A stretch of DNA of 64,000 nucleotides from Paramecium tetraurelia (taxonomy: Eukaryota): positions 124,001 through 188,000 of the forward strand of contig CT868607.1 in the NCBI GenBank assembly GCA_000165425.1. The letters are read 5' to 3'. Within the stretch, counting starts at the first letter, position 1; each line of letters opens with the position of its first letter. The notes below the pieces were generated by a model. That model was given only the letters and a program-made list of their open reading frames with translations, searched no databases and was not told the DNA's origin. Below, piece after piece: positions 26,401 to 41,008 of the stretch. The translations under genes were made by a program, and so were the position numbers.

Positions 26401-29400
26401 GTTAAACGAATAGTTGAATTGCAAAATATAATGCTTGTATACAAAAGGTTATTAAATAGACAACCAAGAAAAAGTCAGTTCTATCATGGTAAAAGTATAT
26501 GATAATTAAAAATGTGTTATGATAAAAAAGCAATTAGAAACTTTGAATGTTTTACTTCTTCTTCCACATTAATATGGTTTGAGCCTTCTTGAAAATTTAT
26601 TAACGCCATTAACCAAATTTACTTTAACTATTTTATTAATTTAAAAGCACTAATCAATATAATTGTATAATATACATTTTTAAATGCTTAAATCTACTTA
26701 TTCAATATTTTCAAAAAGCTCATTGACTCTATTCTATAAAATAGTCAACTTTGTTTTTTTTTATTTAGATGCTTTCATCATTTAGACGTAATGCAAATAT
26801 GAAACGAAATCTTCACTAATTATAGGTATACTGAGTATATTATGGTTCTAAACATAATCAAAGATAAGATTTGTAATCAAAAGGAAGGATATTCCCAAAA
26901 TAATAGTAAATATATCTTCAGTATCTATAGACTTATTCCATTCATCATTTTGAATGTTGTCAAACAGTATATAGAAATAAAATATTATTGGAAATACCCC
27001 AGCTAAAATCGTAGCTTCTATGATATTCAAATTGATCATCATATAACAATAATCACTAATACTGATAGACATAAAAATATATAAATAGTATTCCAAATCA
27101 TACATTTTATAAATAAAAATACATGAAATAAGCACACCTTACAAAATGTGTTTTAATATCATTATGATTATAGTCTCGATTGATGCTTTGTGTTATGAAT
27201 ACTTTTTCAGTAAAATAGATTAATCCTTATGGTATTTTAATCTTTTTGATTGATCAAAAAATGAATAGTGCTAAATGGAAAATAAAATGAATTAGTATAT
27301 GTAAAAGTAGAATATGATTTCTATTAAATAGTCCATCTAGTCAAGCGTATATGATGTATAGATAATAGTAACAAAAGTAAAAGAAGAAACAAAAGTTATT
27401 GTTTTGTATAGAGTTTGTTAATATAAGGCTCTAAAGAATATCTTTAAAAGGGGACTTTAAAAGAAAAGGAGTCTATCCAACTCTTTGAAACCTTGTAAAA
27501 TAACATCGGTGTTAGAATTGATTTGCATTTCGTTGAAGTAGCATTTCTCAAATATTAATCTTTGCTATAAAGATATAATGAGTTATGAGAAGAAGTTATT
27601 TTTCTACACTTTTTCTATTTTTTGATTTTTAAATAAACTGAATTATTATAGCTGCAATATTTGTACTTGACATCCATAGAAGCATCTCAATAAGCTTTAG
27701 TTTTCATATAATATATTGATTGTTTTTGCTGAAGTACACCAGATTTCTTAGATAATATTTAGTTAATCTTGTGTTGCTTAATAAAGAAATAGTACTTTGG
27801 TAAAGCTAAGGATTAATTTCAAATTGCTGGTAAAATAATGGTTCTCTGTGATATACTACAATGACTAATTATTCATCATCACTATTATTTTCTTTGTTCG
27901 GGGCTTCTGGTCCGTTTTATCAAATATTATTTGGTTTTATGAGTCGAGACCTTAAATGAGTTAGGAAGAATTGATGCTTGCATCGGCAAAATTACTTGAA
28001 AAATCTTATAAACTTTATTTAAAATAAGCACGCAAGTCTTCTTCATTTTATTAATTGAAATGCAAGACCAAATCATTTTATTGTATAAGTTCAGACTAAT
28101 ACAATATAGAAGTAGCATAGATCTCCTAATTTTGAGTATATGTAAACACTTGATAATCAGATTTCCTTAAATTTTTCATGAAATCTTAACAATCAGGTTT
28201 CAAAGTATATTTGAGTCCCAAAATGATATTTAATTTGAATACTTATTCCATAAGAGTATATAATTAGTTATCTGGTATATTACTTTCTACTGATTATAAA
28301 AATAAACTTGCACTATCTGAGGTTAAATAACAATACGAATAATAAATGTAATGAAGTTAATCATATTGATGTTTCCATACTTTGTCATCAATGCCTTCAT
28401 TCTTTTTTACATTTCCTTCTCTCAAAAATAAAATAAACTATTTATCGTTACCATAAAAATGAACCATTTCAAATAGCATAAACAACCTTTGTCTTTAAAT
28501 GTCCAATTTTGTTATGACTAATTTGAATGAATGGAATTCTTGATTTATTTAAATTATATAATGTTAGGTGTTCCTAAATAATAAATTTAATAAATTACTA
28601 AACATTATTGACACAAATGAATTCATAGCCCATAGCCTTTGCCAGATTTATTTGTTTCTAATCTAGTAAACCTAAGAACTTGTTTTTCACTTTTTATTCT
28701 TTTTTTTCAGTAATTAAAATCTTAGAAAAAGCAAGGTGATTTATAGCTAATTATAGCAACAATGGATTCAATTCATCTGGTTCATCATTTCTCATCATGT
28801 TCTAACATAATTCTTACTCATCTATTTAATAGTCTTCTTATTTAAATGGTTCTTTTGATGAATGGTATCCTTTTGAAATTCCTAAAAGATTAGATGCTCT
28901 TTAAAAAGTTTCATTATAAGCTTCGTGATTTTTAGAAAAAGTTTTCTCTTTTGATGCCTAGTCCTGCTAAATTTAACCAATTTTATTGATATTCAAATCC
29001 TCTTTTTGTTCTGACTGTTCATAAGAGATGAATTTGCCTTGAACAGATGTAGGAATCTGATGTATTTTTTATTCTCTTTGACTCATAAGATCATCTGAAC
29101 ATTAACTCTACAGTAAGGAATTTATAACTTAAGACCTTTGTAAAAAATCTTCTTATTCTAAAAATAGAAAAGTAAAAGTTACCATCTTTTTCTGGATTTT
29201 AGACTTCATTCTACATACTGGGGTTTGCATTAGTTTAAAGTAAAAATTAAAGAAATCTTGGCTCATCAAATTCACATAATTTATTGTCATGAATAATACA
29301 TTTTAGCTAAAAGGAGTGTTCAATAAATGAATCTACGCTTACAGTAAGATATTATTTATCAATGTATTTATCTATGTAACAAGACATTATCTATTTTTAA

Positions 29401-30899
29401 TAAATAGTGCCTATTCCTTTAAGTTGAACAATGCTACAAATTTTATAATATACTTTATAGAAATGAGGAACCATTAAGATCAAAAATATACAATTATCAA
29501 TTATAATTTGAGTAATCGATCTAAAATTCTATAATACATGGTTTTAATTGTAAACAATAATTTAAATCTTAAATTTATGTAAAATATTACTATAGTGATG
29601 ACTAAAATAACCATGTAATGAGGAAGAAATTAAAAGTTCTCATATCTAAGTTCCCCTTAAAAACGAGCATAAAATTAACAACTATTTCCAACTTTTACAA
29701 CAATCCCCAATACCCAAGGCGTTGCTAATAATTTTTCTTAACAAAATATAAAATTCTCAAATCCAAATATTCTTGATTAAGGATCCTTTTTTAATTAAAA
29801 GAATCCCTTAATTTTAAAATTCTGTTCTTAACAAACGATATTACCTGTTAAAGATTTTTTAAACTAGGCTAAGTTTTGAGAATCAGCTTAAAGTATAATT
29901 TGATATGTTACATCTATTTTAAATCACAGGTTTTCTTACTGTTGTGGATGAATAATCACATAATTAATGTTACACACTAAAATTTTCATCATTACAATGC
30001 AAAACAAGTATGTCACACGGTGCTCTTTGATTTCTTTCTAGTAAAATCACATCACCTATCATTATATTTTCAACATTTTAAATTTTAATCAAATTCATTT
30101 TATCTTTTTCAATTTTTTTCAACTTTTCATTCAACACTGCATTCTATTAGGTTGAAAGGGCATCTCTGAAAAACATACTAGGAACTCTCTTTTTAAACTC
30201 AACTATTAATGGTTCAGCTTCCATCAATTAAACTTACTTTAATTTTAAGGCAATATCCTTTTCAATTAATGGACTCATTTGATTATATTTATTAACATTG
30301 TCAGTTTTGATATTTTTAATGCTCGATTGCTGTTTATAAGATACATTCTATAACTGGATTGATATAATGGCTTAAAATTAGATTTAAAAAATACAAATTA
30401 TAGTTCCTTTTTTCTAGTTTTACACATGTTCAACTATTCTTCCTTATGAATTCTTGTCGGCTTATGATTTATTTTTATTTCCTGAATTGTAATCACTCTA
30501 ATCCTGCTTAGTTAATCTCTCCTTGATTTTCTCAATTATCTCCTTATTGATAATGCATTCATCCCATTATTTTAATACTCTTGCTTCTTAACTATTTACC
30601 ATCTTATCCATTTTTCTAATTTTCATAAGATTATGCAAATCAACTAGCCATTGTTGTATGACCAAAAGAATCCCTACAAAATATAAGGTATAAGACGAGG
30701 AAACCTATAAAATAAGTAGGAGAAAGTAAAGTATATTTTCCTTAAGAGTTCTAAGAGGAAAAAAAACATTGAGATTTGCTCTTTTTATTTTGTTGTCATT
30801 TTTCCTATAACCATCTGATAAAACAGTCTCTCCATTCCGAAATTAAATCTTAATAAGACTAGTTTATAGATATAATACTTGATATGTGATTTTTTTCAT
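23490..30899 (-). CDS. Alveolate-type guanylyl cyclase: P4-ATPase-like domain + 2x(TM cassette + cyclase domain)
   Basis: P4-like N-terminus (NKIKR..FFPL..YFLL..DKMVN; PWVLGIVVKVG; LAKAMGYEF). C1: KIETVGKTYLASAG..PQFSLIGDTVNTTSR. C2: LFADIAGFT..YKLYTIGDCYVA..RYDIYGPDV. About 7.4 kb; exact start and introns are uncertain. Confidence 0.88.
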
Positions 30900-30954
30900 T
30901 TCATTATTCCTCCTATAATTCAGAAATAATTATTTCATTTTAATTTATAACAGA

Positions 30955-31946
30955 ATGTCAATCAATTAAGAACTCAGTTTTGACTCAAAATCAACTAATA
31001 GATTCAACCATAATTAGTTAGAATCTCGTTACAACGATTTAATTGAATAATGGCAAGATAAAATATCATACTTACAATAAAATATTCAAGAAATGCAATA
31101 ACAAAAGGAAGATGTCAAAAATGCATTGATAGAAGCTTAATCTAGAATGAAGAACAAACGTGGTTAAGTAGATGATTCATTGAATGAAACTAAGTCAATG
31201 GATACTATCATTCCAATCAATTTGGCAAAATTAAATAATTCTATGAGTTAAATATTGGACGATAGTATCACGACTCAAGAATCTCAATCATCGATATAAA
31301 GTGTTAAATTCCAACCAATTGCTTCATTTTTATTGGAGATTGGTTTAAAGGAGCGTTATTTTCAAAATTTCATTGATTTAAAGATTTACGACAATGTAAG
31401 TCTCTAAAACTCATTGCCATCTACAAATTAGTGTAAATACTTATTAAACAAGTATGGCATTGATAGATTGGGATATTAAAGAAGAATATTAGCTAAACTA
31501 GATGAATGTATACATTTCTAATTAACTTATAGAAATGGGATTAATTACTAAGAAAGGACTACTTGAGAATCTCAAACTTTATTAAAACTCAATACCATCA
31601 ATAAAGGATTGGTTAAAATCAATTAATTATTAATAATACTATCCAAACTTCTGTCTTGCAGGTTATGATAGTTTTGAATACTTAGTTTATTAAGAGCAAA
31701 GCTAATATAAATTGACTCTATCAGATTTTAAAGAATCTTTCTGTATTGATAATGAATCTGATTCAAAATTAATCTTAGCACATATTACTATTAGTAATTA
31801 TAATAATAATATTATTAGTGTGTGATAAAATTAAAAATCTAAATTTATGGAATGTTTAAACATCATCAAAGAAGGCAAAAGAATCCAATTTTGGTTTAGT
31901 TTAATGTGCATTACCATTACCAAATAACAAATGCGTAATATTTTGA
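30955..31946 (+). CDS. Coiled-coil + tandem SAM domain protein with C-terminal CaaX
   Basis: SFLLEIGLKERYFQNF..GIDRLGYQRRIL and IKDWLKSINYQQYYPNF..GYDSF; ends KCVIF*. Confidence 0.75.
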
Positions 31947-31979
31947 TAAGAATGAATTAATTAATTAGTTAATAAAACA

Positions 31980-33078
31980 TCATTTATAATATTTTTAAGT
32001 TTCAAGGATTTCTATAATTTCTTAATTTTGATAAAGTTCACTGAGCTATTGTAATGATTTTCCATTCTTTGTTAATATATTTGTTCTTGCACCATTCTTT
32101 AACAGAAGCTTGAGCAACTATGGATTCTACTTCTTAATAGCTATATGAACTGCACAGAATCCTTTCTAATATTATTTTTCACAAAAATTACTTAATCAGG
32201 CTCATTAATAATTGACTTATCAAAGGATTTGTCTTAAATCAGAGAATTTAGAGCTTTACAATCACAATTTTATACAAGGTAAAAAAAATACTTTTATTTT
32301 TCAGATATTTCTGGTTATTTAAGTCGCTCAACTAATTGTTCAACGTTAGCTTTAGATTCCAATATTTTGGATGACATATATTAAGTAACATCTTCCACTT
32401 CCATACTTTGAATTGATGGTTTACGATATTGTAATGGATTAACGATGCTAGATTGCCTTTGTAGTAATGAAGTTTTTTTATTTAATTTCTTCTATGGTTC
32501 TTTAGATAACAGATGATGTAACTATCTCTTTCCGTGTAAATTTATTTTCTTAAGATCATTTATTGTTGGATCTATTAAGTAGGTTCCATTGAACACCTTA
32601 GAAGTGTTTATTTTAGATCTTAAGCACTGTTTTCTAAGTTATAAGTGACAAATAGTACAATTATTCCTCAATTGACATAAAATCGATTTCTTCTTAACTC
32701 AACTCATTTTAACTCTTTTGATTAAAATTTATGCTTTTCGGGTTCCTTTGTGTTTTTATCTTATATTTATTTGATTAAACTTACTTTAGATAATATAATA
32801 TTGGCTTATTATTAATCCAGTCTACTTGAATTGGGTTATGAATAAACATCTTTTAATACTGAGAGATCATAACTATTTAGTTTGCTCATTTTCAATAAAT
32901 TTAATTGTACTATCTTCTAATCAATTACTCCAGACTTTAGATATTCCGATAAAGCTTGCTTATGAATGTTATACAGCACATTTTCACCAAGGTGAAATCT
33001 TCTACCACTCAAACAGTCTTATTAATTGTTAATATGACAGTTTATGCTCTAACTTGTCAATCTAGGCAAAGAATGCAT
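31980..33078 (-). CDS. Hypothetical protein
   Basis: Frame is open under code 6 from MHSLPRL after removing 20-25 nt GT-AG introns; no recognisable motif. Confidence 0.5.
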
Positions 33079-33228
33079 TTAGGTGAATTAATTAATAATA
33101 ATTTAATATGTTTGAAAAACTATGCAAAATTTTAGGTTTTATTAAACTATTCTTTGATTATAAATTTAACGAATATATTATAAAGTTTTTAGAATCCATA
33201 TATAATAACTAAATGTAACTGTTTTTAA

Positions 33229-33867
33229 TCAATATTATTCAAATTGTTGATGGTCCTCTTGTTGCTTATTTTTTAATATGAAATTTACTCCTAAAGGGGA
33301 GGGATAGCTTTCTAAATCTGATTCATAATGTTTTTCGAATTAATTGAAATAATCATATCCCACTTCTAATTTAATTATTGAAGTTTCATCCTATTTTTAA
33401 AAATTTGATTAATATGATATTGAAAACTATCCAATCTCATTACATTCTTCCTCTAATTTGATATTAGATGCAATTTGATTAGCAGTATTGTTGAGTTGTT
33501 TGTTTTGTTATTTACTTTATTTATTTTCTTTAACTTTCTAAGTTTTCAATACTTTTTTGAGTCTTTTGGAATTTTTCCTTAAGTAGTTTCTTAAAACTCC
33601 CATTTTTTCATTTGCAAATTGATTTACATCAGTCAGCAATCTCACTTTTTTAAATAGTTGATTATAATCTTCTAAACTTTTTTTAGGAATTCCTATTATC
33701 TCTGCTGCCTTATTGAGGGTTAATCTCATAATAGTGCCATCAGATTAGGGTATTCCATTAAGAAGAATAGATTTCCATTGGCTTACCTTTTATAAAGCAT
33801 CTCCAACTAACCTTTCCTTCACTCTTTTAAGAGGGGGTAATTAATGGTCAATATAGAATGGATTCAT
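33229..33867 (-). CDS. Small protein with an HTH-like motif (possible DNA-binding protein)
   Basis: Intronless ORF containing LTLNKAAEIIGIPKKSLEDY, followed by a basic stretch and an acidic tail. Confidence 0.65.
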
Positions 33868-35404
33868 TAGTATAAAGTAAATATTATTAAATGATTAAAA
33901 TCTCTGAAACACATTTAAACATTAAAATATGATTTTAATTTAATACTCAACAAATCTTCATCAAAATAAAAAAGTTTTAAATTTACAACATTAATTTTGG
34001 AATTTCATTTTTTACAATAACCTACTATATAGTTGATTAAATGCCAACTTCATAAGGGATATAAATTAAATCTATCTTCATTATCTTCTCTTTATTTTTT
34101 ACTAAATTGACATATCATGATAAAATTTAAGGATTATGTAACCAAATAGAATTTAGTATATAAATTATATTTCTCATACTATTATGAATCTGAAAGGCTA
34201 TTTCGAGGTGTTTTACTTGAGAAACTAATAATATAATATATTTAACATAATAATTTATAGTTTAGAATGGGACTAGTATATTGAAGAAAAATAATGGATG
34301 AAAGAAATAAATTAATTATGGTAGTTGAGTTGAATGTCAAAGTTTGATGCAAATTTAGCTTAAGTAAATTGACTACCTTAGAAATCTATTAATTAGCACT
34401 TTTGTAAATAAGCAAAATGTATCAATCAAGTTTGCTAATATGAAATATTTCTAAAAATAAATCAATTGTAATTCAATAAATCTTAAGCAGTCTAATTCTG
34501 TATCCTATAGAAGGATTAGAAATGTGAAGTTTGCAAAATTCTTGTTAAGGGAAATTTTAGTTGGAATTTGAAAACATTTATTATTTATAAAGTTTATAAT
34601 AATCTTTTCAATTTGAATAAGCCTAAAAGGCAAACCTTTACTAACGCAAGTAATTATGATTAAATTACAGTGTATAGAATTAAAGTGGTTAAATGAAACA
34701 AAGAGATATTATTAAAACAGTAAAATAGTACAAAAAAATTAATACATGATTTTTTGGTATCTTGTGATCATGAAAATATTAGAAAATATATTAAAATGAT
34801 AATCTATCTTTTTTAAATTAATAGTTGAAAATATGTTACTACTAATTCTGGTTCAAGTTATAGATTCATATATTATTTTGAATTCATAAAATGAGGAGAT
34901 TTGTAAATTACTAAGTCGATAAGTATTAATTAAATGAAAACAAGATATCAATTAATATCCCAGCCAATGATGAAGATAAAGATATAGAGCAATTACAAAT
35001 TGAATTTTTTATTCAAAGTATCTTACAAAAAAAAGTGGGTTGATAATGAAATATATAGAACTCCAAATATTGTATTTATAATTATTTTTTTTGAAGATTA
35101 TATACTTTATAGATAAGTTTAATTTATTATTGAAATTAATATATATTTATATATTGATTCTTTTATTAATAAAAATGTGTTGATTGAGATTAAATAATCT
35201 ATCAGAGTTATTTTGATTATATTGTCATTGATATGAGATTAGGATAATAAAGTGTTAATCTATGGATGCAAAGTTTAGAGATAAGTAATTTGAAATTAGG
35301 AATCAAAATTATTAGATCCATTTATTTAATGGTAAATATATAGCAAATTTTGTATATAAAGATTATAATAAATGTTTTAAGAATTTACAACCTTAATTAA
35401 TGGA

Positions 35405-36340
35405 ATGAGTAATTAGATTCCAAAAAAGAATATTGCTGAGGTCTATAAACATAATAAGCAACGATAAATGAATTTAGTGCAAAGGAAGAGTTGGGCTCCA
35501 TCAATAAAATACTCAATGTTTTAATCAAATTATGGGACAAATGATTATCAAATTGTAGCTCAAGAGAGTTCAGATTCTGAGTCTATTGTTTTTACACCTT
35601 CATAATATCCATCATTACATAAAGTTGCTTCTCAAATTATTATGATTTCATAATATTCTCAGATTCCGTGTTCAACCGTGTTAAAGGATGGATTAAAATC
35701 TAAATTGATAATTAAAAGCATTGAAGAGAACATTGACATTCAAAAGGTATAGGAATTTGTAGATAAGCTGCCTATTAAGGGTTTTGTTTAAGAGATCAAA
35801 TTAATATACTATCAATCAAATCCATGCTTATTATTTCAGTTGAAAACAGATTAACCCTTAATAGTTGCTAATCAATTTATGAGCAAGCAAAATCAGAAGC
35901 AATCAAAATCAACCTTTGGATATAAATTCAGTTGTGCTTAATTGGCTTAGATGAATGATGAATTTGCTGCAATCATATTAAGAGGGTTAGACAAAACTAT
36001 CAGTACTAGTTAGATCGAGAAGATTATTGCATATACTTTGAAGATGGAGTAGAAGGAGTGTATTAGAGAGACTCAGAAGCACATAATCGAAATAGATGAT
36101 GTGGGATGCATTACAATTGTTCTTAAGGATTTGGAATATTGTGAAAAGATTGCTATTGCATTCAATGGCACAAATTTGAATGGATTATAAAAAAATAAAA
36201 TATTAGTTAACGTTCATCCTGAGTCTGTGAGGGTCCGTAGAATCGATTATAGTGAATCCATTCAGAAAGGACTATTACAAGTAAATTAATTAAGCAATAT
36301 ATAGAAAATAATCAAGGTTAATGAAGAGGAAATGAATTGA
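35405..36340 (+). CDS. Protein with divergent RRM-like domain(s)
   Basis: AAIILRGLDKTISTSQIEKII..CITIVLKDLEYCEKIAIAFNG..ILVNVH resembles RRM topology; 3' end uncertain. Confidence 0.5.
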
Positions 36341-36460
36341 CAATTTAATTTATTTTTATTATTTTTAGATTTCGCAAACACTGTAGGTAAATAGCAAAAA
36401 TCAAAATGAAAACTCTTTCATTGAATATGTATATAATAATTAAATATTATTTATTCAAAA

Positions 36461-36893
36461 ATGACAGCCAAAGATGTTATTATGAAATTGAACAAAGATG
36501 CTGAATACAATGCACTCACAGCTGAATTTCAAGGAAATGATACTAAATTCGTTGGAGAATATGAAAATGTCAGAATACCATCAGATAAGAAGGAATTCAT
36601 TAAAGATGCTTTCAGAAAAGTAGCTACTGCCTGTAAACCCACATTGAAGAAGTAAATTCACTCTCTAATTTAGTCTTTCTTTGAGATAAAATTGGTTAGA
36701 TTTGTAAGATAGAGTGTATAATAGAGCATAATACTACACAAGTATCGAATAATATATATAAATAGCTGATGCAAATTCATGCATTAGCGATGCAAGAAAT
36801 GTAGCTGAGGTTAATGTTTGCTGCGACAATTATATTCAAAGACTCAATAATGATTTCTATAACGATGTCTTGCAAATATTAAAAGATTATTGA
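36461..36893 (+). CDS. Small hypothetical protein
   Basis: MTAKDVIMK.. ORF continues across two tiny introns to TGA 36891-36893; several cysteines. Confidence 0.6.
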
Positions 36894-37280
36894 GATATTT
36901 CATTTATTAAATATATACAAAAAACAAAATATATTAATATATAAATTTATCGTAAAGATATTCCCTTAATTAATTTGGCTTGCCAATCTGAACTTCAAAT
37001 TTTTCAATACACCCAATCAATCAATATTTCATATCAAAATTATAGCACACTATGGTAATATCAACTAGAAAATCCATTTTATGTTGATGACAATTAAAAC
37101 TATTAGAACATAATAGAATTCTCTTTTCATTGGAAATAGTAATCACTTAAGAAGATAGATATGGAGCTCAATAAATTAAATTGCAAAAGTTAAGAAAAAA
37201 TAGATTAAAAATAGCATAATAATTCTAATAATAAATAGGTTAATATTTGTGCAGAACAATAAAATTATATAAATTAATGT

Positions 37281-38046
<766 letters not shown>

Positions 38047-38227
38047 GTAATTTGAAATAAAATATAATATTTTCAATATTTATAATTCCCATAACTCCAA
38101 ACTATTTAAATTAAAAAACTTCGATAATTCCTCATTAACTTAAGACTTCCAATAACATTACTTATTTTCATTCAATAAATATATTTATGTTGTACTTTTA
38201 ACAATAAATTTAATTAATCTGTTAAAT

Positions 38228-39463
38228 ATGCTTAATATTATTCATACACCAAAATAGACATACAAATAATAACCAGCGAAAATCTAATAGCACCTCCATC
38301 AGAAAAGTCTAACCTGTAAGTCTCTTTCAACGCAATAATTGCAATTGCCCCTACAATACAATCAATTGAAGTGTGATCCAGATCCCTCCACCCCTTAAAA
38401 GATGTAACTAGCCAAGGGTCTCAAATTATTGAACATTCCATCCCAAACCAATGACAACAGTTTCAGAAGAAGCAGCTCCAAAAATATCTTGACATCAGAT
38501 AGTCCAATTATCACACATAACAAAGAAAATAACTCTATTGGAAGAAGAATCTGCACTGAATCAAGTTCCCAAGATTACTCTAATTCCTTTGCGATTCAAG
38601 AAAATAAAAAGTTGAATGAACTGATTTAAAGATTGTTTAGAGAGAAATAGGAATTAGTTACTATTATAGAAAAGTAAAAGAATTAACTGCAATTTTCACC
38701 TGGTTTAACTGATTAATACAACCTTCTGAGTCTGAAAACAAGAATTGAAAGATTAGAGGGGGTTATTGATTAACAAAGTGAAGAAATTAATGAATGGAAA
38801 TTAAAATATAAATAAGCATGTGAAGAAGATGAGAGAGTCAATGCTATTGATTAAATGGTACCATTAACTTATATTATAGGAATCACAAATTATGAAAGTA
38901 GTCGAAGAAAATGAAAGACTAAATAATTTAAGTTTTGAAAAAGATAAATAAATTTAAAATTTAAACAATCAAATTGTATCCCTTTCAAAGTAAGCATATG
39001 AATATGAATAAAAAATCAAAGATCAAGCAACTCTTATTATTGCATATGAGGAGGATTCTAAAGAATTGAGAAAGGAATACAATTCTAAATTAAATATCAT
39101 TGAAAGATATGAATAGTTATAATAACAACAGACATAGCTTTCCTATTAATCATCTTTTCATGAAAATTAATAAGCAGAATCAAATAATACTTAGTAAATC
39201 CTATTAGATTCGATTAAATAGATAGAATAAGTATTATCATTATACTAATTTAGTAATTGTGTGATTTGTCAACTTAATATACATCCCAAGTCTTGGAGAA
39301 TTAAAGACTGCAGAGATAAAACAATAACTTAAAAGAAGAACTACTATTGCAACAAAAGGCTTTGAATGAAAACAGGACATAATAAAAAGGAACAGTTAAT
39401 CCTTTGTTTTAAGAAATCCATAAAAATGTAACTTCGTTAAGAGAGAAAATTGTGAAACATTGA
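38228..39463 (+). CDS. Coiled-coil hypothetical protein
   Basis: Continuous code-6 ORF with two tiny introns and an E/Q/K-rich heptad pattern. Confidence 0.7.
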
Positions 39464-39730
39464 ATATAATATTTATATTGATTTATTTGATAGAATTTTT
39501 AATTGTCTACTTTTTGTGAAAATTACCATAAAGAAAAATATGGAAATACATGATTTTATTTATAATAAAGAAGTTGAATAAGTAGAAATTAAAGGATTTT
39601 TTTTCAGAAATTATAAGTATGTTTTTTGGTTCATTACTCTATATTATATTTACATCATTTAATCATAGTCTTGGTATGTCTGCAGTAGAATATTTAAAAT
39701 TTATATAAAAATTTTATTAATCAAATTATA

Positions 39731-40958
39731 ATGGAATTATTACCTATCAATGTAATTACTTAAATATTCAAATTTTTGAGTGTTGGCGAGATATATTCTA
39801 AATTAGCATTATCAAAACACCTAACGTATCAATAATTTTGAATTAGATAATTATTATAGAATCAACAAGTACAAAGATTAATATTATGCACATATTATCC
39901 AAGACAATTGATGCTCAAATTTTCAAAGGATCAATACATGAATCTTCTGAAAACCTTAAAGAATGGAAGAATATTAGAGCTTCCATTCTGGGGGATTGAA
40001 ACTAATGGGGGTTTGACAGGAAATAGTTTAAGATTTTGGATTGGAAAATCATTTATGAATACAGATAGTCAATAGGTAAGTTTAGCCAGGTTGGAGAATT
40101 CGTTTATTTAAGGAATTCTAGCTTTAGACTCAATTAATCTAAAATCAGCATTAGTTTAATACACAAAAAAATTTATCTAAATTTTGGGGATGGAATTAAG
40201 CTAAACATTTTATACTTCTAATTCTTTAGATGTTTGTGCTGAAAAGATCAAGATCTTCGACTTATTTTTAAGTTTTCAATATTTAGAAGATTTCGAAGAT
40301 CAAAATATATTTGATGGCTTACAATATCTTTATCTTTATTAATATTGTAAAAATCTTTAAATTGTTTTAATGACATCTACAGATCTTTATAATTTAAAAG
40401 ATGATGACTTTCAAATGTATGCAATTATCTTTTTATGATAGTTTGCCTTTAGCCATATCACTGGTTAAAGGAGTGAAGATTTGCAGAAGGACTTTTGCTG
40501 ATAGGATAATTAAAACAATCCTGTTAATCACAAGTGAAGATCAATACATAAAGGATAACACAAAATAGAATTTAAGAACAGTTGATGAATTATATAGTTT
40601 GATTAAATCGAATGGAAATCAATATACTCCTACTTAAACAAATATCCCAATTTTATAATAGTTTTGTGATTAAGGCTAATTTGACAACTCAAAGTAGCTG
40701 GAGTACCTTTATTGCACTTTTGAACCCAAAGGATAATTATAACCCTTATTATGGCTGCAGTTTGTGAATCCAAATAATTATGAGATTGCTTTAAATTTTA
40801 ATGAATTTACTTAGAGATTGGCTAAATCAGTTCAACTAAAGTTTTTTGATGTTGATTAATAAGAAGATTTTGAATATAGTGGAATTTCATTTGGATATGT
40901 TAGTATCTTAGGATACATTTTAGATTCTAAGGACTTAAATATGCTTTAAGTTAATTGA
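39731..40958 (+). CDS. Putative F-box protein
   Basis: N-terminus MELLPINVITQIFKFLSVGEI fits the F-box consensus (LP.E....IF.FL); 21-nt intron at about 39826. Confidence 0.55.
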
Positions 40959-41008
40959 ATAATTTTTTATAATTAATTCGCAAAATAAATATTATTTGAT
41001 TAATAAAT

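Noticed and set aside
29160..29230. ATG at 29230 as the start of a truncated cyclase gene
   Set aside because: P4-ATPase-like coding sequence continues upstream to about 30899.
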